Shown here: piece after piece, positions 17,212 to 18,092 of the stretch
Position numbering within the stretch: the stretch's first letter is position 1
Layout of the letters: every line of letters begins with the position of its first letter
Source: Cyanobacteria bacterium J06626_4
Lineage (GTDB): Bacteria; Cyanobacteriota; Cyanobacteriia; Phormidesmidales; Phormidesmidaceae
Reading direction: 5' to 3'
DNA length: 18,092 nt
NCBI GenBank assembly: GCA_038523235.1
Contig: JBCBJQ010000116.1
Coordinates: 1-18,092 of the forward strand
The notes under the pieces: generated by a model
The model's input: the letters and a program-made list of their open reading frames with translations, nothing else
Databases searched by the model: none
Told to the model about the DNA's origin: nothing
Position numbers and translations under genes: made by a program

Positions 17212-18092
17212 ATGACCCAGGACGAGCTGCTAAAACTCATTGACCAAGCCACCGCCGAAGGCTGGACAGAACTGGACTTAGCTGGGCAAAACTTAACAGA
17301 ACTACCACCAGAGATTGGCAAACTGACTCGACTAGAGATCTTGATTTTAGCGAAAGATAGCAATGGTAGATATTTTGGTAATGCTCTAACAGAGCTTCCA
17401 GCTGAAATTGGCCTACTCAAAAGCTTGAAATCTCTTTTAGTATGCGGAAATTGGAGATACAAAATCGATGTGCCTCTTGCTCAACCTGGCAACCAACTGA
17501 GCAAGCTTCCGCCAGAAATTGGACAACTCACTCATCTCCAGCAGCTAGACCTCAGTGAAAATAGACTAAAGTCTTTACCACAAGAAATTGGGCAACTTAG
17601 GAGCCTACAGCAGTTGATCCTTGGGGAGAATCGACTGAGCACTTTGCCGCCAGAAATCGGACAGCTTGTTCACATCAAGAAACTAGATCTGAGCGCCAAT
17701 CAATTGATCACATTACCCTCAGAAATAGGAGAATTGAACAGCCTTCAAAAACTGGATCTTACTGAAAATCAGATTAACTTGTTGCCACCAGAGATTGGAC
17801 AACTCACCCATCTTAATCAGCTAGACCTCCGTTCAAACAAGCTGAATATGCTGCCACCAGAAATAGGAGGGCTGGCTAATCTTAAAAAGCTATATCTTAG
17901 CTATAATAAATTAACTGAATTGCCATCAGAAATTGGAAATCTTACACGTCTAAAAGAACTTGAAATTGTTGAAAATCAATTAACCAGTTTTCTTTCGGAA
18001 ACCAGCCAGCTTGTAAATCTCCAACGACTAGACCTGAGCGAGAACAGGCTAAGTACGTTGCCATCAGAAATTGGAGAGCTGACTAGTCTCAA
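17212..18092 (+). CDS. Leucine-rich repeat protein, 5' part only (N-terminus resembles cyanobacterial LRR-Roc-COR proteins)
   Basis: Not in the ORF track because there is no stop in the window. Manual translation is open to the window end: MTQDELLKLIDQATAEGWTELDLAGQNLTELPPEIGKL..., 11 units of a 23-aa LxxLPxEIGxLxxLxxLxLxxN repeat. Confidence 0.9.
   Translation, partial: MTQDELLKLIDQATAEGWTELDLAGQNLTELPPEIGKLTRLEILILAKDSNGRYFGNALTELPAEIGLLKSLKSLLVCGNWRYKIDVPLAQPGNQLSKLPPEIGQLTHLQQLDLSENRLKSLPQEIGQLRSLQQLILGENRLSTLPPEIGQLVHIKKLDLSANQLITLPSEIGELNSLQKLDLTENQINLLPPEIGQLTHLNQLDLRSNKLNMLPPEIGGLANLKKLYLSYNKLTELPSEIGNLTRLKELEIVENQLTSFLSETSQLVNLQRLDLSENRLSTLPSEIGELTSL

Noticed and set aside
17490..18092. 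69-nt periodicity as a CRISPR-like array
   Set aside because: It reflects 23-aa LRR coding repeats with synonymous variation in an open frame.

Overview
Cyanobacterial chromosomal segment (psbH/psbN, Tab2, about 21 perfect HIP1 GCGATCGC octamers counted by eye). Gene order: very acidic FN3 + metallophosphoesterase protein (+); S9 serine peptidase (-); IS256-family element; rps1b-like S1 protein and Tab2/Atab2 (+); psbH-tatA-pth (-) with divergent psbN; a stand-alone SdhA/FrdA flavoprotein (-) divergent from the ssaD(gabD)-ogdA TCA-bypass pair and a coupled membrane protein (+); a VOC protein (-); and the 5' part of a low-GC LRR protein running off the window. Mostly housekeeping; I see no convincing new multi-gene system. 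Best observations: a 24-nt double-hairpin micro-element inserted in frame in the IS256 transposase at a HIP1-like site, with two related intergenic copies; an IS with no target-site duplication 2 bp from the peptidase start; an orphan sdhA clustered with ssaD-ogdA; a phosphoesterase with non-canonical metal-ligand motifs; and an LRR protein with two inserted loops.
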